Numbered from the stretch's first letter, positions 38,590 to 47,232 are shown. The stretch is DNA of 64,000 bases from Kiritimatiellia bacterium (GCA_045132115.1 JBGURT010000028.1:2293-66292), one strand, 5' to 3'. Numbers and translations: made by a program. Notes: a model not told the origin generated them from the sequence alone.

Positions 38590-39680
38590 TCGGCAATAAT
38601 CTCCTTCACATTCTCCGCAATCGCTTTTACATCTTCAAGCGACAGCCCATAGTAGGTCGGAAGAGTGAGTACGCGCGAGGCAATATCTGCAGCGATGGGG
38701 CAGGCGCCCTTGGCGTAGATATACGGCGCGAAGTCAGTCAGAAGCGGATAGAAGTAGCGGCGCGAGAATATGTTGCACTTCTCTTTCAATTCGGTATACA
38801 CCCGCTCGCGTGTCGCGAAATCATTGAAAAGAATTGGTATGTAGGCTTTGTTTCTTGATGTAGCAACCAACTTTACTGCATCACAGCCGGCGAACACCTC
38901 TTCATACGCCGAGTATATCTTCTGTCGATACTCAAGAAGATCATCGATCTTTTTCAAACACTCGAGCCCCATAAGCGCCTGCATTTCGTTCATTTTGGCA
39001 TTGGAGCCCACATCTACGCACTCGGTTTCACTATGAATGGCAAAGTTGCGCAGTTCATGCAACTTCTCTTGCACCTTAGCATCTTTGAAGACCAAGAGTC
39101 CACCTTCACATGAGTGGAAAAGCTTCGTCGGATGAAAACTGTACATACTCATGTCACCTTCACCAACCAATTCGGGTACACCAAAGGCGTGAGCGGCATC
39201 ATAAATTATTTTTATGCCATATTTGTCGGCCAGCCGCTGGAAGCCGACAACGTCGCAAGCACACCCATAAACATGCACGGGCACGATCGCCTTGGTGCGC
39301 GGAGTAATCAGTTTTTCCGCCGATTCTAGCGAAAGACACATGGTATCGGGGTCGATGTCCGCAAAGACGGGATTCGCGCCAATCCGCTTGAGCGCATGGC
39401 TGGTGGCCACAAAAGTAAATGGCGTCGTGACTACATCGCCGTCTGCAAGCCCCATGGCATAGTAGCCTAACTCCAGCGCCAAGGTTCCATTATTGAAAAG
39501 CGCAAGGTTCGTTTCAGGCACTCCAAGATATGCCGAAAGCTTCTCCTGGAATTTCTGCAGCATCGGGCCGTTATTCGTGAGCCACTGATTGGCCCAAACC
39601 TGCTCAAGCCCACACTTGAAATCCTCAATTGACGGCAGGTACGGCCTTGTTACCAAAATTGGCTTTTCAAATCTATGCAT
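38586..39680 (-). CDS. DegT/DnrJ/EryC1/StrS family sugar aminotransferase (PLP-dependent)
   Basis: 364 aa; VVTTPFTFVATSHAL, FSFHPTKLFHSCEGG (PLP-Lys region), NAKMNEMQALMGL. Confidence 0.85.
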   Translation of the reverse strand: MHRFEKPILVTRPYLPSIEDFKCGLEQVWANQWLTNNGPMLQKFQEKLSAYLGVPETNLALFNNGTLALELGYYAMGLADGDVVTTPFTFVATSHALKRIGANPVFADIDPDTMCLSLESAEKLITPRTKAIVPVHVYGCACDVVGFQRLADKYGIKIIYDAAHAFGVPELVGEGDMSMYSFHPTKLFHSCEGGLLVFKDAKVQEKLHELRNFAIHSETECVDVGSNAKMNEMQALMGLECLKKIDDLLEYRQKIYSAYEEVFAGCDAVKLVATSRNKAYIPILFNDFATRERVYTELKEKCNIFSRRYFYPLLTDFAPYIYAKGACPIAADIASRVLTLPTYYGLSLEDVKAIAENVKEIIAE

Positions 39681-39729
39681 CTCTGCCCTTACTTTGTGAC
39701 ATCAATCTTTATTTTGTACTCCAGCCGCC

Positions 39730-40521
39730 TCAACTGGAGAGCAACATGTACATTCTTTTACTGCCGAGACGTAGCGCCCATATTTTGTGCTCGCCGACGC
39801 GAAGTTCCGGCTCCAATACTTTTTCGCTTCCTTTTCGGCACAATTTGTGCACAAACTTGCAAAGCCGGTATTTGCCAAACCGCAGAATCAGTTTGCGCGA
39901 CCATGCATCCACCCAAGTGCCGGTCAAATGATGAAATGCATATCCTTCGCGGCTGTCGCAAAAATAGTCTGAGGGATAAACCGTCGTCCGCTCTCCCAGC
40001 TTTAGCGGAAAAGCGGCGTCCTCAAAAGAGACATGGCATTTTGCCTCGATAACCGACATCCACTCGAAAGTATTCGGGGCTAAATCCAACTCGCCGCGCC
40101 CATCAATAAAAGACTTGTTCGTGTATGATACGAGCAAATCGCCGATTAAAGGATTTTGGGCTGCACAACCAATAAAAGCCGTATTGAGAATGGTTTTGCC
40201 ATGGCTCTTGTAGTTGCAGCATACAAACTCTTCGCCGAGAAACCTATCCAACGGACGCAATATCTCAAGATCGGTATCGCAATAAAACCCGCCTTCTTCG
40301 TAAAGCGCCTTCAATCTGAGGAAATCCGAAGCAAAAGCGAACTTGCGATTGTCCACCGCATCCAAGGCGTAACGATTGCCTGCCTTGCGGAGTTCTTCAT
40401 CTCCCCATTCCTTGATTTCATAATCTGGGCAAAACTTGCGCCAGCTCTCCAGGCAACGAGGAAAGATTTCCGGCTTTTCGCCGCCTCCAAGCCAAACATA
40501 GTGCAACTTTTTCGGTATCAT
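39730..40521 (-). CDS. glycosyltransferase with DXD motif (GT32-like)
   Basis: 263 aa; KKLHYVWLGGGEKP, FASDFLRLKALYEEGGFYCDTD. Confidence 0.7.
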   Translation of the reverse strand: MIPKKLHYVWLGGGEKPEIFPRCLESWRKFCPDYEIKEWGDEELRKAGNRYALDAVDNRKFAFASDFLRLKALYEEGGFYCDTDLEILRPLDRFLGEEFVCCNYKSHGKTILNTAFIGCAAQNPLIGDLLVSYTNKSFIDGRGELDLAPNTFEWMSVIEAKCHVSFEDAAFPLKLGERTTVYPSDYFCDSREGYAFHHLTGTWVDAWSRKLILRFGKYRLCKFVHKLCRKGSEKVLEPELRVGEHKIWALRLGSKRMYMLLSS

Positions 40522-40532
40522 TGGCCTGTCTT

Positions 40533-41396
40533 TTACGATTGCTTGAATATCTTGTGTACGATCCAGATGCCAAAAAACTTGACCCTTATCCGCCTACGGG
40601 AAAACTCGAAGAAAAATAGTTTGTTCATCGTATAGGGAATGAGGTCATCAACCGTCACCGGCCTGACTACATACGGTTTAATCTTGCCAGACTCCTTGAG
40701 TTCGCGAATTTTGGCGATACACCCCTTGATGTCGCTCCAATCCAGTTCGCCGAATTCCGCGAGATCGTAATCCCACCACTTGAGCTCCATAAGTTCATGA
40801 ATGGTCTCTTCGTCGAACCGGTACCTGATTACCCTGGCGGGAGCGCCCCCCACAATTGCAAACGGCGGCACGTCTTTCGTCACTACGGCATGCGTACCGA
40901 TTACCGCGCCGTCGCCAATTGTTACGCCACCCCTTAAGAATGCGCAACTGCCGATCCACACGTCATTGCCGATTTTTATGGGCATTGCCGCACCAGTGTT
41001 CTTGCGAGTCGCCGCCTTGCAGGCGCTACGACCTTGCCGCCAGAAGGAAAACATTCCGTCCGCGTACACCATGGGATTCGTTGTCAACCATTGCACCGGA
41101 TGTTCATGCGGACTCATCCAAGTTCCTGCGGCAATGCTGCAATATCTCCCAAATGTCACATTGTGCATCAGCCTGCCGATATCTACCGACGGAGAAAGCG
41201 TGCTGAATGCGCCTACTTCGAAAGATGACTGCAAATCGGCTGAAACAGGAATGTCGCACGGCGGATAAAGCTTTAGGTCCCCATAGCCGATTTTGGATTT
41301 TCCCACTTGGAAATCCACCCCGAGCGCATTCTTTATTCGCTTTTTGTTGGCTCTCGTTATGTGAAGGCTCAGACTCTTTTTCTTTTTCATTTCCAC
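40533..41396 (-). CDS. hexapeptide-repeat (left-handed beta-helix) acetyltransferase, xenobiotic/sugar O-acetyltransferase class
   Basis: 287 aa; IGNDVWIGSCAFLRGGVTIGDGAVIGTHAVVTKDVPPFAIVGGAPARVIRYRF. Confidence 0.8.
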   Translation of the reverse strand: MEMKKKKSLSLHITRANKKRIKNALGVDFQVGKSKIGYGDLKLYPPCDIPVSADLQSSFEVGAFSTLSPSVDIGRLMHNVTFGRYCSIAAGTWMSPHEHPVQWLTTNPMVYADGMFSFWRQGRSACKAATRKNTGAAMPIKIGNDVWIGSCAFLRGGVTIGDGAVIGTHAVVTKDVPPFAIVGGAPARVIRYRFDEETIHELMELKWWDYDLAEFGELDWSDIKGCIAKIRELKESGKIKPYVVRPVTVDDLIPYTMNKLFFFEFSRRRIRVKFFGIWIVHKIFKQS

Positions 41397-41427
41397 ACCC
41401 TTATGCCGCTTCGGTCTGTATGTGTTT

Positions 41428-42231
41428 TCAATATTCGTTCCACTCCCTGAAGCGCATATTGGCGCAACCGGCGTTTGCCGCCTCCAGCCGGTTGCCCAGC
41501 CAATGCCAGAGTTTGTACATCAATTTGACCTTGAGATTTTTCTTGCGTACTTCGCGCACCGGCAATACGCCCTTGACGGTGATGCCGTCCATGAAACTCC
41601 ACTCGTGCGTAGTGAGCTGGTTGTCATACACTTTGTTGTACTGCCGTTCGAATTTCGCCACATGCACTTGCCCGTCGCAAATGTCGTACATCGCACAGCG
41701 GTCGGAAGCGAACTGGATATTTACGATTTCGATATCCGTCTTCGGGAAAACCTCATTGAACGCGCGATATATCGCCTCTATATCCTTATCTTCGCCAGGA
41801 AATCCGGTCGCCAGCACCAGCAAAACGTGTTCGGCATTTTCAATCGCCTTGTACATTCTGTCTATTCTGCGCCTGACGACTTTGTTTCCCCGTTCAAAGG
41901 CCGCACGGTCCGAGAAAGGCGGATTGAACGAATGGATATGCCGGTATCCGGTGGCCTTATCCTCAAGATTGAGCATCCATTCCTTGTGTTCGGGATGCGG
42001 CGGCGCAAACTCAAACATGTTTTCATACCGACAATAGTTCGCAAAACGCGTCCGCACAAGTTCCGGCAGCGCCAGCACCGGACGGGTGTCCGTCATCCAA
42101 GTCCAATCAAGTGGATACGAGCATTTACGCTTACCACGATGTTTCAGTTGCAAAGCAGCACTGCACGAACCGCCAAGGCTGATTACTTCATCATAATCCT
42201 GACGATTGGTTTTTATGACTTTATCAATCAT
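41428..42231 (-). CDS. DUF1796 family protein (putative papain-like cysteine peptidase fold)
   Basis: 267 aa; N-terminal VISLGGSCSAALQLK...SYPLDW matches DUF1796 signature. Confidence 0.55.
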   Translation of the reverse strand: MIDKVIKTNRQDYDEVISLGGSCSAALQLKHRGKRKCSYPLDWTWMTDTRPVLALPELVRTRFANYCRYENMFEFAPPHPEHKEWMLNLEDKATGYRHIHSFNPPFSDRAAFERGNKVVRRRIDRMYKAIENAEHVLLVLATGFPGEDKDIEAIYRAFNEVFPKTDIEIVNIQFASDRCAMYDICDGQVHVAKFERQYNKVYDNQLTTHEWSFMDGITVKGVLPVREVRKKNLKVKLMYKLWHWLGNRLEAANAGCANMRFREWNEY

Positions 42232-42318
42232 TTCACCCTGCCTCCAAACAATTTATCGTTTCCATACCCTTATACGCACACAAGAAATCTTTATGCATTC
42301 GCTCGCTTCCCTTGCCGC

Positions 42319-42534
42319 TCATTTTGCCGCTCGGTCGAATTCGCTTTTCAATTCCTCGGCCAGATATCCGTCGCTCATGCAATGTGTATCAGCGATTCCA
42401 TCGCGCATACAGCGATATGTCTGCGAATTGTAGAAATCGTTTAGCGCCTCGTCAAGCGAACAGCCACTACGCTCGGCGTATTTCTCGATTACACGCGCAA
42501 ATTTCATTCTGAGCAAATTTCTGTTTGCGGTCAT
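42319..42534 (-). CDS. DUF3791 family protein
   Basis: 71 aa; ATGA-coupled to upstream DUF3990 gene. Confidence 0.55.
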   Translation of the reverse strand: MTANRNLLRMKFARVIEKYAERSGCSLDEALNDFYNSQTYRCMRDGIADTHCMSDGYLAEELKSEFDRAAK

Positions 42535-43001
42535 ACCTGTTCACTTCCATCAAACCGTAACGATTCCAGCGCTTTCACGGTCCTGAAGCAATATTGAATA
42601 TTCGGCCGCTCCATTTTCAACCGTCCAATAGTCTGTTCTTTTGACGCAAACCCATCGAAATAAGCTTCAAGTGTATCAAAAACGCGATCGTTGGCGACAC
42701 CACCGATAACAATATCCCATGATGAACTGTCATGCCCAGACCTACATGCCACCACAAAGTCCAGCCATTCCTCCGAGTAAGAATCAAACCTCTTGGCGGA
42801 TAGATTGGAACACGAATCTTCGTCTAGAATATATCTTGAGATACAAGCCGTGCCATAGCGTAATTTGCGTTTGGATGCCCATCTCTCTGCCTGTTCTTTT
42901 ATCGGCGTCACGTAGAATCCAACGCCAAAATCCACTTCCTTGCGAGAATGGCGCAAGTCGGGGATTTCGACAATTTCGTTGCTCCCGTGATACAAAATCA
43001 T
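42531..43001 (-). CDS. DUF3990 family protein
   Basis: 156 aa; MILYHGSNEIVEIPD... typical DUF3990 N-terminus; ATGA overlaps on both sides. Confidence 0.65.
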   Translation of the reverse strand: MILYHGSNEIVEIPDLRHSRKEVDFGVGFYVTPIKEQAERWASKRKLRYGTACISRYILDEDSCSNLSAKRFDSYSEEWLDFVVACRSGHDSSSWDIVIGGVANDRVFDTLEAYFDGFASKEQTIGRLKMERPNIQYCFRTVKALESLRFDGSEQV

Positions 43002-43294
43002 GCAATGACTCCTCTTTCCCGCATGATATCGAGAATGTCGCCAACAATATATTCGCGCCCTTGGGTATGTAAAACATCATACGCAGGGATGATATATTGA
43101 TGGAGAATATCGCCTTTACTGGTCAATGCGCGATACACTTCATCCGAATCTCTTCCAAGCGCATTTGCCGCGTTTTCTATGCAATATACTGCGAATTCCA
43201 GTTCTCTCTTGTTCCCAATCGCCTTGCCTCTCGTTTTTGCGGCAGGCAAGTGCACGTTGGCTTCAGTTCCGGAGAGCGATTGCATTTTACTCAT
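42998..43294 (-). CDS. DUF3791 family protein
   Basis: 98 aa; AVYCIENAANALGRDSDEVYRALTSKGDILHQYIIPAYDVLHTQGREYIVGDI matches DUF3791. Confidence 0.65.
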   Translation of the reverse strand: MSKMQSLSGTEANVHLPAAKTRGKAIGNKRELEFAVYCIENAANALGRDSDEVYRALTSKGDILHQYIIPAYDVLHTQGREYIVGDILDIMRERGVIA

Positions 43295-43361
43295 TCTGTA
43301 TATGTATTATACCATTTTTTAGCCGGTTTGTCCACACGAAACCGCCAACCGGAAGGGAAAG

Positions 43362-44279
43362 TCAAAGCGATTTGCGCTTCCACACTCTTATCCCGCAAAC
43401 CAGATATCTTGTTCTGCCGTTTTTCGTGTACTTGAAAAAGAAGAATCCCTTGATATGTCCCCAAATGAAACGCCAGGCGTTGGCACGGTATGGCGTTTTG
43501 AGAAGGTACTTGAGATATGGGACCCAAGTAATGTTCTTCCAGAGGTTGCACCAGGGCTTTTGCGTCTGGCAGACGAAATGCCATATCCTTACGTCCCGGC
43601 GCAACGGATTGTAGCCCGTCACTCCGTTCCAAATTTCGCTCATCTCCTTGATACGACCCTCGCACACGAGATTTATGACATCCAAATCAGGGAACGCGAG
43701 CTGACCTGAAGCAGCCAAAGTCATTTCCCGGCATTTGCGGACGAAATCGAATTCTCTCAGGCCCTCCAGATCCATTACCAGAAAGCCGTTGAAATAGTAT
43801 GGTGATGATGGGGTGAAACCGAATTTCGCAAGCACCTCTTCGCGATAGGCTGTCTTTTCGCCTGCATAATTGCGCACCATCCCCAATAGATTGCCCTCAA
43901 GGTCATACTCTTTGAGACCGTCAAGCGGCATCCGGCAAAGAACATCCACGTCCGAATAAATGGTGCGCTTTTCGTCCTTCAACAGGTCAGGCAGGAAATA
44001 CCTGAGAAACGCGTCTACGGTAACATGTGCAACAGTGGGCGGCATCTTGAAACCGGCGATGGCCGACTCGTCAACTTTATGGAACGCAAGACGATGGTTT
44101 TTGTACATCCGCTCTAGGAGGCGCAATTTTGCCTCGGTCGCGGGCGTGATATTGCGGTGGACAACGTGAAATACAAACTTTTCGTCTGGATTATTGACGA
44201 GGATCGACGCAATCACCACCGCCAAATGCTGAGCGTAGTTGTCAGAAATGCAAAAAGAAAAAGAGAGTTCGTCGCTCAT
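43362..44279 (-). CDS. glycosyltransferase family 8 (LPS glycosyltransferase RfaJ-like)
   Basis: ORF 43362..44507 trimmed to MSDELSFSFCISDNYAQHLAVVIASIL (ATG 44279, ATGA overlap with upstream kinase gene); IYSDVDVLC, FNGFLVMDL. Confidence 0.8.
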   Translation of the reverse strand: MSDELSFSFCISDNYAQHLAVVIASILVNNPDEKFVFHVVHRNITPATEAKLRLLERMYKNHRLAFHKVDESAIAGFKMPPTVAHVTVDAFLRYFLPDLLKDEKRTIYSDVDVLCRMPLDGLKEYDLEGNLLGMVRNYAGEKTAYREEVLAKFGFTPSSPYYFNGFLVMDLEGLREFDFVRKCREMTLAASGQLAFPDLDVINLVCEGRIKEMSEIWNGVTGYNPLRRDVRIWHFVCQTQKPWCNLWKNITWVPYLKYLLKTPYRANAWRFIWGHIKGFFFFKYTKNGRTRYLVCGIRVWKRKSL

Positions 44280-45124
44280 GGCATGACCTTCGCTTTCTTT
44301 TTTTGTCTTGAAAGCCGTCCCAACCGGCGATTCAGAGTCTCGCGCTTCTTGCCACGGGCAAAAAGTTTTTGCACGCGCAGACTCGCTTTGTAGAAAGCCA
44401 GCACCATCCGTTCGTAAATGCCGGGCGGCAGTTTGGCGACTGTTTTCCCGAGCATCTCCGCAATCTTCTTTTCTGCACAGTCTCTCTCCGGCGACGGCGG
44501 CAAACACGCCAGAGCCTTCAAAAACGCCCCTGCATCATCCCAGGCGCCAAGCTCGATTTCGTCCTCAATGCCGAATGTGCAATAGTGATACTTCGGGTTT
44601 TTCGCGAGATACGAATCCCGTTGCGGATTCGCGGCATCGACGGCAAACTGGAAATCGAAAATCCGCAAATGCCCGTCCGCTCCGCAAGTCATATTCCAGA
44701 TGCTTACGTCGCGGTGGGTTATCCCGGCCTTTGCCAGCGTTTCCGCCATGCGCACCATATCGTCCGCGAACCAAGGCTGTGACTTTCCTTCCGGCAGCAT
44801 GTGTTTTAGTTCCGGACCCGGCAAGAGTTCCTGGATCTGGAAAGCCTTTTTCCCGTCTGGCGAAATCCAAACTCCAAGCGGCCGAGGACAAATGTCCGGG
44901 TTCACGGCGCGACACCGCTCCAGCATTTCATGCTCGTTGACGAGAGAGCCGGGCGCGACGGATGAGCACTTGACCAGCACCTCCATGCCGTCTTTTTCGC
45001 CAATGTAGAAAGCATCGTTTATGAGTTTGTTGAAGTCCTGCCAACGCAATTTAGCGAGCCCGAATTTGTCGCCCTCTCGTTCAAGCAGCTTGTCCCAGCC
45101 GTCTTTGGTCATGCGTCGCTTCAT
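44276..45124 (-). CDS. protein-kinase-like fold protein (lipopolysaccharide/Kdo kinase-like)
   Basis: ORF 44276..45334 trimmed to MKRRMTKDGWD (ATG 45124); catalytic loop ITHRDVSIWNM, DFG-like IFDFQFA. Confidence 0.65.
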   Translation of the reverse strand: MKRRMTKDGWDKLLEREGDKFGLAKLRWQDFNKLINDAFYIGEKDGMEVLVKCSSVAPGSLVNEHEMLERCRAVNPDICPRPLGVWISPDGKKAFQIQELLPGPELKHMLPEGKSQPWFADDMVRMAETLAKAGITHRDVSIWNMTCGADGHLRIFDFQFAVDAANPQRDSYLAKNPKYHYCTFGIEDEIELGAWDDAGAFLKALACLPPSPERDCAEKKIAEMLGKTVAKLPPGIYERMVLAFYKASLRVQKLFARGKKRETLNRRLGRLSRQKKKAKVMP

Positions 45125-46128
45125 TTGAGAACCTCTTCCCATTGTCGGCAAATCGTCTCCGGCGAAAAATCGCGCCGCGCCTTTTCGCGCGCAGCCACGC
45201 CCAATCTGCGGACAAGCCCTTCGTCTTCCATTAGCATGCAAATCGCCTCCGCAACCGACTGCGCGTTGGGCTCTGCGAGCAACCCGGTTTCGCCATCGAC
45301 GATCAATTCGTTCACGCCCGAGGCGTCGGCACATCCGACGGTAGGTTTTCCGCAGAGCGCCGCCTCGACTATCGTGAGCCCAAACCCTTCGCCGGCCGAA
45401 GTCTGGGCGGCAAACGCACAGCCTTCATACGCTGTCGCAAGGTCGCCATATCCCATGAGCTTCACTTTATCCTCAACCCCTGACTTCGCAGCCAGTCGAT
45501 GCAATTCTCGCACGTACCCTTCCTTGCCCCTTCCGTAAAGATGAAGCTCGAACTGCGGATGTTTCGCCGCCGCAATCGCAAAAGCCTCGATCAGCAAATC
45601 CTGACGCTTCGCTTTCTCCAGCGACGCAGGGTAAACTATGAAAGGGCTGTTCCCAAATTCCTGTTCCCCGTTCCCCGTTCCCTGTTCCCCCCCCACCATA
45701 TTCCCGATTGCGACAATTTTCGCCGGTGCGTTTTCGCCAAGAACTTTTCTGGCCGCAGCAATTTGCGAAGGCAAAAGGACTTGCAGAAGCGAAAGCCTTC
45801 CGAACGCCGCCCTCAAATCCCGATTGAACCGGCGCTTGCGCAATTTCCAGAATGGCGCCTTCTTGAAAATCCCGGCAGGTCGCGTATGGAGCTGCATTGC
45901 GACCGGCCACGGAAACTCCTTCGGAAACTCACGCGCAATATCCACCAATTCGTTCGTTCCGGTGACAATTAGCACATCGGCATCCGAGCGAATCGTCTCC
46001 GTGAATCTGGATTTGTCGAAGAGCACCATCTCGTGACCGCGCGCCGACATCGCGGCGGCAAACGCTTTGACAGCACGGTCGGCCCCTCGCCCGGCCTCCA
46101 GATTGTCCTTATATACGAGAATCTTCAT
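45121..46128 (-). CDS. glycosyltransferase family 4
   Basis: 335 aa; GT4 motif EGFGLTIVEAALCGKPTV; contains heptamer repeat and G8 tract at 45661-45700. Confidence 0.85.
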   Translation of the reverse strand: MKILVYKDNLEAGRGADRAVKAFAAAMSARGHEMVLFDKSRFTETIRSDADVLIVTGTNELVDIAREFPKEFPWPVAMQLHTRPAGIFKKAPFWKLRKRRFNRDLRAAFGRLSLLQVLLPSQIAAARKVLGENAPAKIVAIGNMVGGEQGTGNGEQEFGNSPFIVYPASLEKAKRQDLLIEAFAIAAAKHPQFELHLYGRGKEGYVRELHRLAAKSGVEDKVKLMGYGDLATAYEGCAFAAQTSAGEGFGLTIVEAALCGKPTVGCADASGVNELIVDGETGLLAEPNAQSVAEAICMLMEDEGLVRRLGVAAREKARRDFSPETICRQWEEVLK

Positions 46129-46329
46129 TCTGTTTGGGTTGCTCTGCCGCTAGCCGATCTGCCCGATTCTCCGCTTGATGCCCTCGGCTATTTTCCCATC
46201 GCCGTTTTCATCATCCAAATTCCCTATCGGCGAATCGTTCAGATAGACCGTGAGTGTTTCCATTCTTCGATTTCGGATTCGGTCATTATGTAAATTCCCG
46301 CACCACTCTCTGCCCGATTTCAGCTACTG

Positions 46330-46425
46330 TCTTCCGTTTTGTCATGTCAAAAGTCATTACCGGACGGTATTATATCATATCTTTCAGGCGCTTGTCAACA
46401 AATTTCATTCCCGTACGGGAATCGG
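46330..46425 (-). promoter_or_regulatory. consensus sigma70 promoter (-35 TTGACA, 18-nt spacer, TGATATAAT) preceded by perfect 14-bp palindrome TTCCCGTACGGGAA
   Basis: Minus-strand attcccgtacgggaatgaaatTTGTTGACAagcgcctgaaagatatgaTATAATaccgtcc; ~200 nt upstream of GT4 start. Confidence 0.5.
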
Positions 46426-46447
46426 AATTTGCGCGGAAATTGCGCCC

Positions 46448-47146
46448 TCACACCTCCGGCTGGAGGGTGATGCCGCAATCGTGCATAAAGCGCAGGAAGC
46501 GGCGGCGAACCTTGGGTCTGGTTATCGCAGGTATGGAGTCTATCGGGATAAGAAGCCGGGTACCGGGTTCGAAGTCGGTAATTCTCAGGCGGAAATCGCC
46601 ATCCGGCAAGTCTTGCACGAGCACATTCTGGGGATCGAAGAACCTGACGGTGTTCTCGACCAACTCGTCAACCAAAATATTCAAGGCGGCAAAAAGCCGT
46701 TCGCGCTTTGCGCGGTCCGAAAGCGCCCATTCTTCGGCGAATCTGCGCGGCGCGGAGCCGTCGGCATTGATCACGGCTTCCTCGATCGTAGCCCAGCCGC
46801 GCCCGGACAACTTCACCATCTCCATTGTCGAAGGGAACGCCGCCATCAATTCCCTTGGCAACCGCGTTTTGAGTTTAAGCCAGTAGCGGTATTCCTGGCA
46901 GCCGGTATTGCGCTTTTCGTCGAACCGGCAGCGCCGTATTTCATTGACGACCGTAGGCAAAAGCGGCTTGCTGCGCACAGTGCCTGGGTATTTTCCCTCG
47001 GCGATTTCCGCCTCGCTGCGGTAGCATTTGAGGCAAAGCTCGCCGCCCGGCAGAATGTAGCACGCCCTGCGCGTACCGATCCCGATCCGCTTAAGCTCGC
47101 CTGCCGCGAGCATGCGCTCTATCGCTTCGCTGTCTGGCACTTCCAT
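46448..47146 (-). CDS. YrbL-family (PhoP-regulatory-network) kinase-like protein
   Basis: ORF 46448..47179 trimmed to MEVPDSEAIER to avoid overlap with tRNA-Arg; LRITDFEPG resembles YrbL family DFx motif. Confidence 0.5.
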   Translation of the reverse strand: MEVPDSEAIERMLAAGELKRIGIGTRRACYILPGGELCLKCYRSEAEIAEGKYPGTVRSKPLLPTVVNEIRRCRFDEKRNTGCQEYRYWLKLKTRLPRELMAAFPSTMEMVKLSGRGWATIEEAVINADGSAPRRFAEEWALSDRAKRERLFAALNILVDELVENTVRFFDPQNVLVQDLPDGDFRLRITDFEPGTRLLIPIDSIPAITRPKVRRRFLRFMHDCGITLQPEV

Positions 47147-47151
47147 AAATC

Positions 47152-47228
47152 TGGCGGTCCTGGCGGGACTCGAACCCACTACCCGCTGCTTAGAAGGCAG
47201 CTGCTCTGTCCAGATGAGCTACAGGACC
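47152..47228 (-). tRNA. tRNA-Arg (anticodon TCT)
   Basis: RC: GGTCCTGTAGCTCATCTGGACAGAGCAGCTGCCTTCTAAGCAGCGGGTAGTGGGTTCGAGTCCCGCCAGGACCGCCA; anticodon loop CTTCTAA. Confidence 0.88.
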
Positions 47229-47232
47229 GAAA

